From Sphingobacteriales bacterium (lineage in GTDB: Bacteria > Bacteroidota > Bacteroidia > Chitinophagales > Chitinophagaceae), in the NCBI GenBank assembly GCA_004144175.1, contig SEFT01000011.1, forward strand, positions 55,405 through 119,404: a DNA stretch of 64,000 bases. The letters are read 5' to 3'. Made by a program: the position numbers and the translations under genes. This document shows positions 1-8,916 of the stretch, piece by piece. The stretch's first letter is position 1, and each line of letters begins with the position of its first letter. The notes under the pieces were generated by a model that was not told where the DNA came from, searched no databases, and was given only the letters and a program-made list of their open reading frames with translations.

Positions 1-900
1 ATATCTAAATGAAAATTCATTTCCATCCGACGGATTTGCTATCACACCTTCGTGGAGGGAGTTAGGATATACCCCGGGCGTGTTCAGATCAATAGACCCA
101 CCCGGCTCAACACCCAGACTCACTGGTAACGCTTGCCCCTTAAAAGTCACCCGAAATTCTAAGGTATCATTCTTTGAAATGGCAAGCCGTCCTTTAGCTG
201 GCAAAAATTTGACACCGCCTATTTTATTAAAGTAACTCCACACGTATGGAATGCTAAAAAAAGACTCGACTGATGTTTTAAATGGCAGTAATGTATTCGA
301 TTCTACTTCAGGATAGTGATCCTTTATAAACCATTGCGGTGGTGTATTAAAATAATAGGGATCGTAAGCATAAGAAAACTTGCCGGAACGAAGATACCCA
401 CTTCCCCAAGTAACATCAAGCAAATGCCATATGTTATTAAACATTACCGCATTCCAAGCATGACTGGCCTTTATTGGAAGACCTATCGAATCAATGTCAT
501 GGGCATAACCGCTAATAACACGACATTTAAGTCCTGCATAGTCGCACATTACCTTGTATAGCCTGGAATACCCACCACAAATACCTTTACGCGTATCGAG
601 CACATATGCGGCTACCTCATGATTATACCAGTCATCAAAGGAAATGGAAGGAAAGTTATGGGGAGGCTTAGCAATTTGCGACATGTAAGTGCCACCACTT
701 TTATACATTTCCACATCGTAGGCTACATTGATAGCAACCCATTTAAATATAGCCAGTGCTTTTAAGCTATCCGTACTGCTTTTAGCAACTATGGATCGTA
801 CAAGACTTTTGAACCTGGCAGAATCTGAGCTTGAAGTATTTGTTTGCCCAACAGCAGAAGAAATTACAAATAGAGAAAAGAAAAATAAAATTAGTCGCAC
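1..900 (-). CDS. Transglutaminase-like (KY/Cyk3-type) domain protein with signal peptide; 3' end runs off the window
   Basis: Missing from the ORF track. Translated by hand from GTG at 900: VRLILFFFSLFVISSAVGQ...KGICGGYSRLYKVMCDYAGLKCRVISGYA...SHAWNAV...WHLLDVTWGSG. This gives a Cys-His-Asp triad in a frame open to base 1. Confidence 0.85.
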   Translation of the reverse strand, partial: MRLILFFFSLFVISSAVGQTNTSSSDSARFKSLVRSIVAKSSTDSLKALAIFKWVAINVAYDVEMYKSGGTYMSQIAKPPHNFPSISFDDWYNHEVAAYVLDTRKGICGGYSRLYKVMCDYAGLKCRVISGYAHDIDSIGLPIKASHAWNAVMFNNIWHLLDVTWGSGYLRSGKFSYAYDPYYFNTPPQWFIKDHYPEVESNTLLPFKTSVESFFSIPYVWSYFNKIGGVKFLPAKGRLAISKNDTLEFRVTFKGQALPVSLGVEPGGSIDLNTPGVYPNSLHEGVIANPSDGNEFSFRY

Positions 901-1036
901 GCAGTTTGGGTATCGGTTAAGACAAATATAATAGCATTATTATTTTCACAGCGCCTCAAAGAAGCCTTAGCTTTTAACGAACCATACCCTGTTTATGGCA
1001 TTTATTTTATACAGCTATTGCTAAAAGTATCTAACT

Positions 1037-1225
1037 ATGGCAGATGATAAAAGCAAACGTGGCCCGCAAGACTCAACACGTGTCAATGTAAATGAGGATT
1101 ATGAATTGAGATATTGGACCATGCGTTTCAATGTATCGGCTGATCGCCTCAAAGAAGCAGTAAAAGAAGTAGGTCCTTCAGTCCGCGCGATAGATGAATA
1201 TCTCAACGACAGAACTTACGAATAA
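1037..1225 (+). CDS. DUF3606 domain small protein
   Basis: DDKSKRGPQD..RVNVNEDYELRYWT..F.VS...LKEAVKEVG is the DUF3606 pattern. Confidence 0.85.
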   Translation: MADDKSKRGPQDSTRVNVNEDYELRYWTMRFNVSADRLKEAVKEVGPSVRAIDEYLNDRTYE

Positions 1226-1272
1226 CAAGATATAGCCGTCAAATATAATTTTTAACTTTAAACTATACCAAC

Positions 1273-1461
1273 ATGAGCAACAGAAATCAATCAGACAATT
1301 CGTCCAAAAACAAAAAAGAGAACACCGAAGATAATACTAAAAAGCAAAGTGTCCAATACGACCAGCTTGCAGCGGAAGATGAAAAGACACGTACCAAAAA
1401 ACCTGGCAGTCAAAGCAATTCTTCTAAGACGCACAATAATGGACGCGGTGGAGGAAAATAA
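1273..1461 (+). CDS. Small hydrophilic, probably disordered hypothetical protein
   Basis: 62-aa K/N/S-rich ORF with A-rich upstream context, co-oriented with DUF3606 and followed by a terminator. Confidence 0.6.
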   Translation: MSNRNQSDNSSKNKKENTEDNTKKQSVQYDQLAAEDEKTRTKKPGSQSNSSKTHNNGRGGGK

Positions 1462-1472
1462 TATATCGACTT

Positions 1473-1513
1473 AAAGAGAATGGGTTGCTCATCTTGAGCA
1501 ACCCATTCTCTTT
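1473..1513. terminator. Bidirectional intrinsic terminator
   Basis: AAAGAGAATGGGTTGCTCA-tct-TGAGCAACCCATTCTCTTT, a 19-bp perfect stem between convergent genes. Confidence 0.9.
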
Positions 1514-1522
1514 TAAAAAAGA

Positions 1523-2488
1523 TTAAATACTTCTTAGTGCTGGCAATACGGATACGCCAAAGTCTTTTATAAAGTATTCCTGCGAACGATTGACGTTATG
1601 TAGTACTATTTTGTCGAAGCCTATATCCATATACTTCTGTATCTGCTTCGCATGGCTTTCAAGATCAGATGATACAAACACATGCTTGCGTATTTGCTGC
1701 CGGTCAACAGTACGTCCCAATTTGTCAAATTCAGCGACAGATGATGTTTCGCTAGCTACTTTACTATCAAATACATTTGTACGCCACTGATCATAAGCGC
1801 CTTCCATTGCCGCCTGCTCTGTTTTGTCGTATGAGATCTGCATTTTAAAGAATGCAGGTTTGTCCTTACCACCATTCTTTCTAAACGCGTTCAATATTTT
1901 ACGCGCATTTTCTACGCTACCTGTAGTCATCACCATTCCATCGGCCCAGCTACCAAGCCATGCCGCAGTTTCTTCAGATAGTGCGGCACCTACTACTAAT
2001 GGCGGCTTCTCAGGCAATGTGTAGAGTTTCGCATTTTCCACAGAAATGAGTTTCTGAGTATTTACGGTCTCCCCATTCAGCAGTCTTTGTATGATTTCTG
2101 TACACTCTCGCAGCCGTTCATTGCGCTCGGCTTTCTCGGGCCAGGGCTGCCCTGTAATGCTCTCGTTTAAAGCTTCCCCACTCCCTAGCTCTAGCCAAAA
2201 GCGTTTCGGAAACATTTCTGCAAGGGTAGCGGCAGCCTGTGCTACTATTGCAGGGTGGTGGCGGTATCCCGGCGTACATATCATTCCGAAAGGAAGTGTA
2301 GTTGCCTGCATAGCAGCGCCCAGCCAGGCAAACGAAAATCCGCTCTGCCCTTGCCTTTCGCTCCAGGGATAAAAATGCTCCGAGGAATGGATGGCATCAA
2401 AACCCGCCTGCTCCGCCATTATCGCATAACGGATCAGTTCACTCGGCTTAAATTGTTCATGCGAGGCGTGGTAAGCAATTTGACACAT
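1523..2488 (-). CDS. LLM-class flavin-dependent oxidoreductase (TIGR03885-like, non-F420)
   Basis: IAYHASHEQF, SEHFYPWSERQGQSGFSFAWLGAA, LGSGEALNE motifs. Confidence 0.85.
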   Translation of the reverse strand: MCQIAYHASHEQFKPSELIRYAIMAEQAGFDAIHSSEHFYPWSERQGQSGFSFAWLGAAMQATTLPFGMICTPGYRHHPAIVAQAAATLAEMFPKRFWLELGSGEALNESITGQPWPEKAERNERLRECTEIIQRLLNGETVNTQKLISVENAKLYTLPEKPPLVVGAALSEETAAWLGSWADGMVMTTGSVENARKILNAFRKNGGKDKPAFFKMQISYDKTEQAAMEGAYDQWRTNVFDSKVASETSSVAEFDKLGRTVDRQQIRKHVFVSSDLESHAKQIQKYMDIGFDKIVLHNVNRSQEYFIKDFGVSVLPALRSI

Positions 2489-2514
2489 ACTAATATCTCG
2501 AACCTTATGGCGTA

Positions 2515-2745
2515 TTATCTGATGTTAGGATTAGTTGCATTGCTGTCCGGCGCTTTAGCATTAGTAGTCGCACCAATTGTAGAATCAGGATTACCCCTGT
2601 CACCCGATGGAGCCTGCTCCATAACCGCTTCATTTCCTGAATTAGGATTGAGGTCCGAAGCTTTGGTAGAATCATACCCTTCTCTTGTGTCACCGCTTCC
2701 GCAACTTGCAAAAGCTATCGCTGCAATAAAAATGATCTTCTTCAT
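2515..2745 (-). CDS. Small lipoprotein
   Basis: MKKIIFIAAIAFASC lipobox followed by a low-complexity D/N/S/A tail; start moved to the second ATG. Confidence 0.75.
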   Translation of the reverse strand: MKKIIFIAAIAFASCGSGDTREGYDSTKASDLNPNSGNEAVMEQAPSGDRGNPDSTIGATTNAKAPDSNATNPNIR

Positions 2746-2765
2746 ATTATTGCAGTACATGAAAA

Positions 2766-3287
2766 TTATACCGCGGGCGCTTCTCGCTCCTCTACCCGCT
2801 TATCCAGCCACTGCTTTTTTTCAATCCGATACGACAGCATTAATCCCAGCCCTGCTCCTATGGCAACGAACGAAAAATAAATTATTGGCTCACGCTGATC
2901 CCTGATGCTTTCGTGACTGCCATAGCCATCAGCTAACGAGGTTGCGCTCATAGATATACCATGATCATTATTTGAAGTAACATTACGTACACTTCCCGGC
3001 ACAATTCTGCCCGTGCTATCCGTTACATACGTTTCAGAAATAACCTTATGCCCCAGCGCCTGCGTATCTATAAGATATCCAGTGATCAAGCCCAAACCCG
3101 CGCCGAAAAATAAGAGCCCATACTTAAGATTGGCAAAAGGTTTAGGTTGAGATACCATTGCCTTGGGGTGTAGGCCTTTTTCAATCATAGCCAGGTTTGC
3201 CCTTGTGCGTAGATAGTATATACCGAATAATGACCCAAAGAAAGCCAGTGCCGATATGATCATAAACATTGCCTCTGTCGCCTGCAT
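2766..3287 (-). CDS. DUF6249-family membrane protein
   Basis: N-terminal TM then YYLRTRANLAMIEKGL, NLKYGLLFFGAGLG and a C-terminal TM; divergent from an ECF sigma as is typical. Confidence 0.8.
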   Translation of the reverse strand: MQATEAMFMIISALAFFGSLFGIYYLRTRANLAMIEKGLHPKAMVSQPKPFANLKYGLLFFGAGLGLITGYLIDTQALGHKVISETYVTDSTGRIVPGSVRNVTSNNDHGISMSATSLADGYGSHESIRDQREPIIYFSFVAIGAGLGLMLSYRIEKKQWLDKRVEEREAPAV

Positions 3288-3330
3288 ATAGTTTTGTTTT
3301 AAAAGTTCGTGTTGTAGTTGTTACCTTATC

Positions 3331-3358
3331 AGACTACCATACACCATCGCAGGTTACA
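3331..3358 (-). promoter_or_regulatory. ECF sigma promoter for the DUF6249 gene
   Basis: Minus strand TGTAACC-N16-AGTCT. Confidence 0.7.
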
Positions 3359-3379
3359 AAAAAGAAAATAATTTTTCTC

Positions 3380-3407
3380 TGTAACCTGACTGTATCTTTC
3401 TGCGTCT
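3380..3407 (+). promoter_or_regulatory. Autoregulatory ECF sigma promoter
   Basis: TGTAACC-N16-CGTCT ending 12 nt before the sigma ATG. Confidence 0.75.
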
Positions 3408-3419
3408 ATTAATACCGGG

Positions 3420-4001
3420 ATGCGCCAACTGGAGGATACAGAAATAATAAAGCTGGTATTGCAGGGGCAGCAGGCACAGTATGGCCTGTTGGTCGCGCGG
3501 TATCAGCATTTTGTATTCACGCTGGCGCTACGTTTTGTGAAGAACCGCGAGGAGGCAGAGGAGATAGCGCAGGATGCCTTTGTAAAAGCCTACCGCTGCC
3601 TGTCCGATTATCGTGCGGAAGGAAAGTTCAGTACATGGCTATATACAATAGTTCGCACTACTGCGCTATCTACACTGAGAACAAGAAAAGGTAATGTGAT
3701 ATTAGCCGAACCGGAACAATTGAATGCGGTATTTGAGAACCAAAACACCAATACAGCTACCGTTAGTATTACAGAACAGCGCTCACAACAAGACTTAATC
3801 AGGAAAGCTATCAACTACCTGCCTGAAACCGATGCGCAAGTCCTAACTTTATTCTACACCGCCGAACAAAGTTTAGAGGAAATAGGTTTGATATTGGGAT
3901 TGAACGCTAACCATGTGAAAGTGCGCCTATTCAGGGCCAGGCAGAAGTTGCGCGACGTATTGGAAACCAAGTATCCAAATGAATTAAAACATTTAAAGTA
4001 A
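3420..4001 (+). CDS. ECF RNA polymerase sigma-70 factor
   Basis: Region 2 (AEEIAQDAFVKAY, KFSTWLYTI) and region 4 (SLEEIG..LGL....VKVRLFRARQKL). Confidence 0.95.
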   Translation: MRQLEDTEIIKLVLQGQQAQYGLLVARYQHFVFTLALRFVKNREEAEEIAQDAFVKAYRCLSDYRAEGKFSTWLYTIVRTTALSTLRTRKGNVILAEPEQLNAVFENQNTNTATVSITEQRSQQDLIRKAINYLPETDAQVLTLFYTAEQSLEEIGLILGLNANHVKVRLFRARQKLRDVLETKYPNELKHLK

Positions 4002-4005
4002 CAGC

Positions 4006-4512
4006 ATGAGCAATAGAGATGAAATAGAAATAGCGTTGTGGGATTATATAGATGGTACGTGCGGCACAAATGAGCAGCATCGTATAGCCACACTCATTGC
4101 CACCAATGCAGAGTGGAAGCAGACATATGAGGAGTTATTGCAACTGCATCACCATGCCTCAGAGGTAACCACCACAGAAGAGCCATCCATGCGCTTTACC
4201 AAAAATGTAATGGAAGCAATCGCACACACCAGCATTACACCTGTCACGCGCAAATACATCGACCTGAAATTGGTAAAAGGCATAGCAGCATTTTTCATAC
4301 TTACCATTGCGGGTTTATTCGGTTATACCTTGCTCCAGCTCGACTTCTCATCTGTATCTACAGCCCCCGTAAAAGATATATTTTCCAATATACCTCCCGG
4401 GACAACCGACATGATTAAAAACATAATGATCCCAGTAAATATAATTGCAGTAATCGTACTTGCCGACGAATTTCGTAGCAGAAGGCTCAGGATGAAGAAA
4501 GCAGGCCTATAG
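4006..4512 (+). CDS. Membrane-anchored anti-sigma factor
   Basis: 4 nt after the sigma gene; N-terminal LWDYIDG anti-sigma helix, EEPSMRFTKNVM motif and two TM segments. Confidence 0.75.
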   Translation: MSNRDEIEIALWDYIDGTCGTNEQHRIATLIATNAEWKQTYEELLQLHHHASEVTTTEEPSMRFTKNVMEAIAHTSITPVTRKYIDLKLVKGIAAFFILTIAGLFGYTLLQLDFSSVSTAPVKDIFSNIPPGTTDMIKNIMIPVNIIAVIVLADEFRSRRLRMKKAGL

Positions 4513-5160
4513 CCGCTGTAGCATATCCAGATCAAAGCTTTCCATGCTGCTCAGTTTAGCATCAGCCAATGCAAAGCGCGGGTCGTCAAAATGCAGTTCA
4601 TCTGGAATGACTACAACCTTCATCCTTGCTGCCTTACCTGCTATCATTCCATTTACCGAGTCTTCAAACACCATACAGTCGATAGCGCTGGAGCCAAGCC
4701 CTTTGGCGCAGTGCAGGAACACCGCAGGATGCGGCTTGCCCAGCTCCACTTCATCGGCCGATGATATACAATCGAAATAATCTTTGATCTTAAAATGCTC
4801 TACCAGCGCCATGATCATGCGCGTGGGCGATGACGAGGCAAGGCCGATCTTTATCTTCTGTTCACGCAGCAGTTCCAAGGTATCTATGATGCCCGGCATC
4901 ACCCTACCCTCGTTTTTTGAACATTCTATGATATCGTCCAGTATCTCTTCGGCCACATCGTTTGCGCTCGCGCCCTTCCAAGGGTAGCGGATGGCCCAGT
5001 AGTCGGTCACCTCGTGTATGCGCAGGCCGGTTGTCTCTTTAAATCGGTCAGCCGATATCGGTATTTGGTGCTTCTCTGCCACGCGGCGCATACTTTTGCC
5101 CCAAAGAGGTTCAGTATCAAGCAGTAAACCATCCATATCAAACAAAACCGCATTTATCAT
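4507..5160 (-). CDS. hxpB: HAD-family hexitol/2-deoxyglucose-6-phosphate phosphatase (HxpB/YniC-like)
   Basis: FDMDGLLLDTEP, LASSS, GKPHP and FEDSVNGMIAGKAARM motifs. Confidence 0.85.
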   Translation of the reverse strand: MINAVLFDMDGLLLDTEPLWGKSMRRVAEKHQIPISADRFKETTGLRIHEVTDYWAIRYPWKGASANDVAEEILDDIIECSKNEGRVMPGIIDTLELLREQKIKIGLASSSPTRMIMALVEHFKIKDYFDCISSADEVELGKPHPAVFLHCAKGLGSSAIDCMVFEDSVNGMIAGKAARMKVVVIPDELHFDDPRFALADAKLSSMESFDLDMLQRL

Positions 5161-5261
5161 CTATTGATCTTTAGAGGTGCAAATATCCACATTGGGGGAT
5201 ATTTCGGGTGAAATCGTACATATTTATTTTATCCTGCGTGTACTCATAATGGGCTAAACGC

Positions 5262-5269
5262 TATTTTTG
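5262..5269 (+). promoter_or_regulatory. Bacteroidota housekeeping -7 promoter element
   Basis: TATTTTTG (TAnnTTTG) upstream of the M16 operon. Confidence 0.6.
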
Positions 5270-5294
5270 CCGCAATTAACAATCACTTAAATAT

Positions 5295-6629
5295 ATGAAG
5301 CGGAAAGCTTTCTTAGCCATGTTGCTGGGAGCAACTGTGCTCACCAACAGCGCACAGGCTGCAGGCAATATCAAGTTTACAGAATATGATCTGCCCAACG
5401 GGCTGCACGTGATCCTCCATGAAGACCACTCTACGCCTATCGTAGCTGTGTCTATCATGTACCACGTAGGTTCTAAAAATGAAGATCCGCAGCGCACAGG
5501 TTTCGCGCACTTCTTCGAACATCTGCTGTTCGAGGGTAGCGACAATATGAAGCGCGGCGAATTCATGAAAATGGTACAGGCAGCAGGCGGACAGCTCAAC
5601 GCCAATACTTCTCAAGACCGTACTTTCTACTATGAAGTATTGCCCAGCAACCAGCTTGAACTGGCCCTGTGGATGGAAGCAGAGCGTATGAACTATGCTA
5701 AGATAGACTTGGAAGGCGTAGAAACGCAGCGCAAAGTGGTAAAAGAAGAAAAGAAACAACGCTACGACAATACCCCTTACGGCCAGTTGCTGAACGTGGT
5801 GTTTGAGAATGCATATACCAAGCACCCTTACCGCTGGTCGCCTATCGGTAAAGAGCAGTACATAGACCAGGCAAAGCTGGAAGAGTTCATGAACTTCTAC
5901 AGAACGTTCTATGTACCTAACAATGCTACGATGGTCATTGGTGGCGACATCAACCCTGAGCAAACGAAAGCATTCATCGCTAAATACTTTGGTGAGATAC
6001 CAAAAGGCACTAAAGCAATTCCTCGCCCAACTGAGAAGGAGCCGGTGCAAACTGCTGAGAAGCGCGTACAGTTCTACGACAACATACAGCTTCCTGCTGT
6101 TATCGTAGCTTACCATACGCCGGAAATGGGTACGGATGACTGGTATGCACTTCAGCTGCTGACGCAAACACTGTCTCAGGGTAAGAGTTCACGTTTCCGT
6201 AAGGAGATCGTAGAGAAGCAACAAAAAGGACTGGAAGTAGGTGCATTCATGCTGCCTAACGAAGATCCGGGTGTTGCCTTCATGTTCGGTATTGTAAACG
6301 CAGGTGTGTCTCCTGAAGATATGGAGAAATCAATGCTGGCCGAAATAGAAAAAGTAAAGACCGGAACTATTGGCGATGAAGAGTACAAAAAACTCATCAA
6401 CCAAGCCGAGAACGACTTCGTAAGCCAAAACCAGCGCGTCTTGGGCGTAGTAGAGAACCTGGCTACATACCATACATTCATGGGTAATGCCAACCTGATA
6501 AACACAGAGCTGGAGCGCTATACCAAAATAACAAAAGAAGACCTGAAGCGGGTTGCCAATAAGTACTTTACCAAAGAGAACCGCCTGGTGGTTTATTACT
6601 TACCAAAATCAGAGGAGAAGAAAGGGTAA
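5295..6629 (+). CDS. M16B zinc peptidase, catalytic subunit, secreted
   Basis: Signal peptide; inverted zinc motif HFFEH; ANTSQDRTFY; LELALWMEAERM. Confidence 0.95.
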   Translation: MKRKAFLAMLLGATVLTNSAQAAGNIKFTEYDLPNGLHVILHEDHSTPIVAVSIMYHVGSKNEDPQRTGFAHFFEHLLFEGSDNMKRGEFMKMVQAAGGQLNANTSQDRTFYYEVLPSNQLELALWMEAERMNYAKIDLEGVETQRKVVKEEKKQRYDNTPYGQLLNVVFENAYTKHPYRWSPIGKEQYIDQAKLEEFMNFYRTFYVPNNATMVIGGDINPEQTKAFIAKYFGEIPKGTKAIPRPTEKEPVQTAEKRVQFYDNIQLPAVIVAYHTPEMGTDDWYALQLLTQTLSQGKSSRFRKEIVEKQQKGLEVGAFMLPNEDPGVAFMFGIVNAGVSPEDMEKSMLAEIEKVKTGTIGDEEYKKLINQAENDFVSQNQRVLGVVENLATYHTFMGNANLINTELERYTKITKEDLKRVANKYFTKENRLVVYYLPKSEEKKG

Positions 6630-6671
6630 TTCCAACTACTTAACCGACCAAAAGCTTCAACAAATACAAAT

Positions 6672-8768
6672 ATGAAAAAGATATCACTCTCTATATTAAC
6701 TATTGCGCTGGCCATTGGCTCTACAACGGCGCAAAAACTTGACCGCAGCATCCGTCCAAAGCCGGGTCCTGCGCCTGAGGTAAGGCTGGGTAAGTCTGAA
6801 GACTTTACACTGCCTAACGGTATGCGTGTATTCGTGGTAGAGAACCACAAGCTGCCTACTGTCACTTATTCTATCCAGCTCGATATAAAGCCGGAACTGG
6901 AAGGTAACATGGCCGGCTACCGCGAGATGATGTCGGAACTGCTGACCAGCGGTACCAAGACACGCTCTAACGACAAGCTGAACGAAGAGATCGACTTCAT
7001 AGGTGCACGCATAGGCGCTACACACGAAAGCGTATATGCCAGCGGCCTTAAAAAGCACCAGAACAAGATACTGGAGTTGATGAGCGACATTACCATGAAC
7101 GCTGACATCAAACAATCGGAGCTCGACAAGATCAAAAAACGTTCATTGTCTGGCCTGGAGGCTGAAAAGAATGAGCCGGATGCGATGCTGGAGAACGTAA
7201 CTGCGGTTATCAACTTCGGTACACAGCACCCTTATGGCGAGGTGCCTACTGATAAAACAGTTAGCGCTATCACATTGGATAAAGCTAAAAGCTACTACAG
7301 CACTTACTTCCGCCCGAACGTAGCCTATATGGCCATCGTAGGTGATGTAACAGTAGCCGAAGTAAAACCATTGATAGAAAAATACTTTGGTGGCTGGAAG
7401 AAAGCAGACGTGCCTGTAGCAAAATACAGCGACCCTGCTGCTCCATCCGCTGCACGCGTAGCATTCGTACCGCGCGATGCTGCTGTGCAAAGCGTTGTGA
7501 ATGTGACTTACCCACTCGACCTGAAACCAGGCACGCCTGATGTGATCAAGGCAAGAGTAGCCAACTCAATACTGGGTGGTGGCTCTAACGGTCGCCTGTT
7601 CCTGAACCTGCGAGAAGCGCATGGCTGGACGTACGGCTCTTATTCTTCAATAAGCCAGGACGACCTGAAAGGCAACTTTACCGCTTATGCTAAGATGCGC
7701 AATGCCGTATCGGATAGCTCAGTAGCAGAGATCATTAAAGAAATGCGCAAGCTGCAGACTGAGAAAGTGGGTCAGGAAGAGCTGCAAAACCACCTGGTTA
7801 ACATGTCGGGTGCATTCGCTATCAGCCTGGAGAATCCTCAGACGATCGCTCAGTACGCCATCAACATAGAGCGCTATAACATGCCGAAGGACTACTATCA
7901 GAACTACCTGAAGAACCTGAGCGCAGTTACTGCCGAAGATGTTCAAAACATGGCCCGCAAGTACATCAACCCGGATAACGCTAACATCATCATAGTTGGT
8001 AGCAAAGACGATGTGGCCAAATCAATGGCTAGATTTACGAAAAGCGGTACGGTGGAGTACTTCGACAACTACGGTCAGCCATTGAAAGTAACGGCTACTG
8101 CCGCTGCTCCGGCTAACGTAACGGCTGCCGATGTAATGAAAAAATACATTGCAGCAATTGGCGGTGAAAAAGCGATCAATGCAATTAAGGACATCAAGAC
8201 TGTAAGCAAAGGAGCCCTTTCTGTACAGGGACAGCAGATACCGCTGACCATCACCGAGATGAAGAAAGCACCGAATAAAATGAAACAGGTGATAGAAGGT
8301 ATGGGCATGGTACTGCAAAAGCAGGTTTACAATGGAACTACCGGTTATAAGGAAGAGCAAGGTAAGAGGGCAGATTTGAGCGCTGACGAGCTGAAAGACG
8401 CTAGACAAGACGCCGACATATACGCTGACCTGCACCCTGAGAAATATGGTATCACACGCACCATTAAGGGTATGGATAAGGTAAATGACAAAGATGCCTA
8501 CATAGTAGAAGTGATGACTGAAGGCAAGAAATCCACAGAATACTATGATGTTGCTTCCGGCTTAATGGTGAAGCAAGTGTCCACACAGGAATCACCTGAA
8601 GGTGCAGCAGTAGTTTCGAGCGAGTTTTCGGACTATCGCGAGGTACCGGGCGCTAATGGTTATAAATTGCCTTACAGTGCGAAGCAAGGTATAGGACCGA
8701 TGACTATTTCAGCAACGGTTGAAACAGTTGAAATAAACAAAGGCATTGCCGATACAGAATTTAACTAA
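6672..8768 (+). CDS. M16B peptidase partner subunit (no HXXEH) with C-terminal LolA-like extension
   Basis: Signal peptide; M16 fold motifs (RLFLNLREAHGWTYG); zinc motif replaced by EMMSE; extra ~225-aa beta-rich tail. Confidence 0.85.
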   Translation: MKKISLSILTIALAIGSTTAQKLDRSIRPKPGPAPEVRLGKSEDFTLPNGMRVFVVENHKLPTVTYSIQLDIKPELEGNMAGYREMMSELLTSGTKTRSNDKLNEEIDFIGARIGATHESVYASGLKKHQNKILELMSDITMNADIKQSELDKIKKRSLSGLEAEKNEPDAMLENVTAVINFGTQHPYGEVPTDKTVSAITLDKAKSYYSTYFRPNVAYMAIVGDVTVAEVKPLIEKYFGGWKKADVPVAKYSDPAAPSAARVAFVPRDAAVQSVVNVTYPLDLKPGTPDVIKARVANSILGGGSNGRLFLNLREAHGWTYGSYSSISQDDLKGNFTAYAKMRNAVSDSSVAEIIKEMRKLQTEKVGQEELQNHLVNMSGAFAISLENPQTIAQYAINIERYNMPKDYYQNYLKNLSAVTAEDVQNMARKYINPDNANIIIVGSKDDVAKSMARFTKSGTVEYFDNYGQPLKVTATAAAPANVTAADVMKKYIAAIGGEKAINAIKDIKTVSKGALSVQGQQIPLTITEMKKAPNKMKQVIEGMGMVLQKQVYNGTTGYKEEQGKRADLSADELKDARQDADIYADLHPEKYGITRTIKGMDKVNDKDAYIVEVMTEGKKSTEYYDVASGLMVKQVSTQESPEGAAVVSSEFSDYREVPGANGYKLPYSAKQGIGPMTISATVETVEINKGIADTEFN

Positions 8769-8787
8769 GAAAAGCTTAGATGTAAGT

Positions 8788-8818
8788 AAAAGCCGCTACA
8801 GTTTCTGTAGCGGCTTTT
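8788..8818 (+). terminator. Intrinsic terminator
   Basis: AAAAGCCGCTACAG-ttt-CTGTAGCGGCTTTT. Confidence 0.9.
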
Positions 8819-8887
8819 TAGTTGTCATTATGTGACATTTTTTCATTTTTTAACCGTTTAAGCCCTGCATTTCATAGCATATCTGCT

Positions 8888-8895
8888 TACCTTTG
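8888..8895 (+). promoter_or_regulatory. -7 promoter element of the miaB operon
   Basis: TACCTTTG; favours the ATG at 8917 over the TTG at 8893. Confidence 0.65.
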
Positions 8896-8916
8896 TTTGA
8901 AACTGAATCGGAAATT

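Noticed and set aside
1523-2488. F420-dependent glucose-6-phosphate dehydrogenase call
   Set aside because: Sequence fits the non-F420 TIGR03885-like group better, and no F420 biosynthesis genes are in the window
5313-6167. 284-aa minus-strand ORF over the M16 gene, and similar shadows over miaB, gap, bestrophin and others
   Set aside because: No recognisable domains; explained by codon bias of the real gene on the opposite strand
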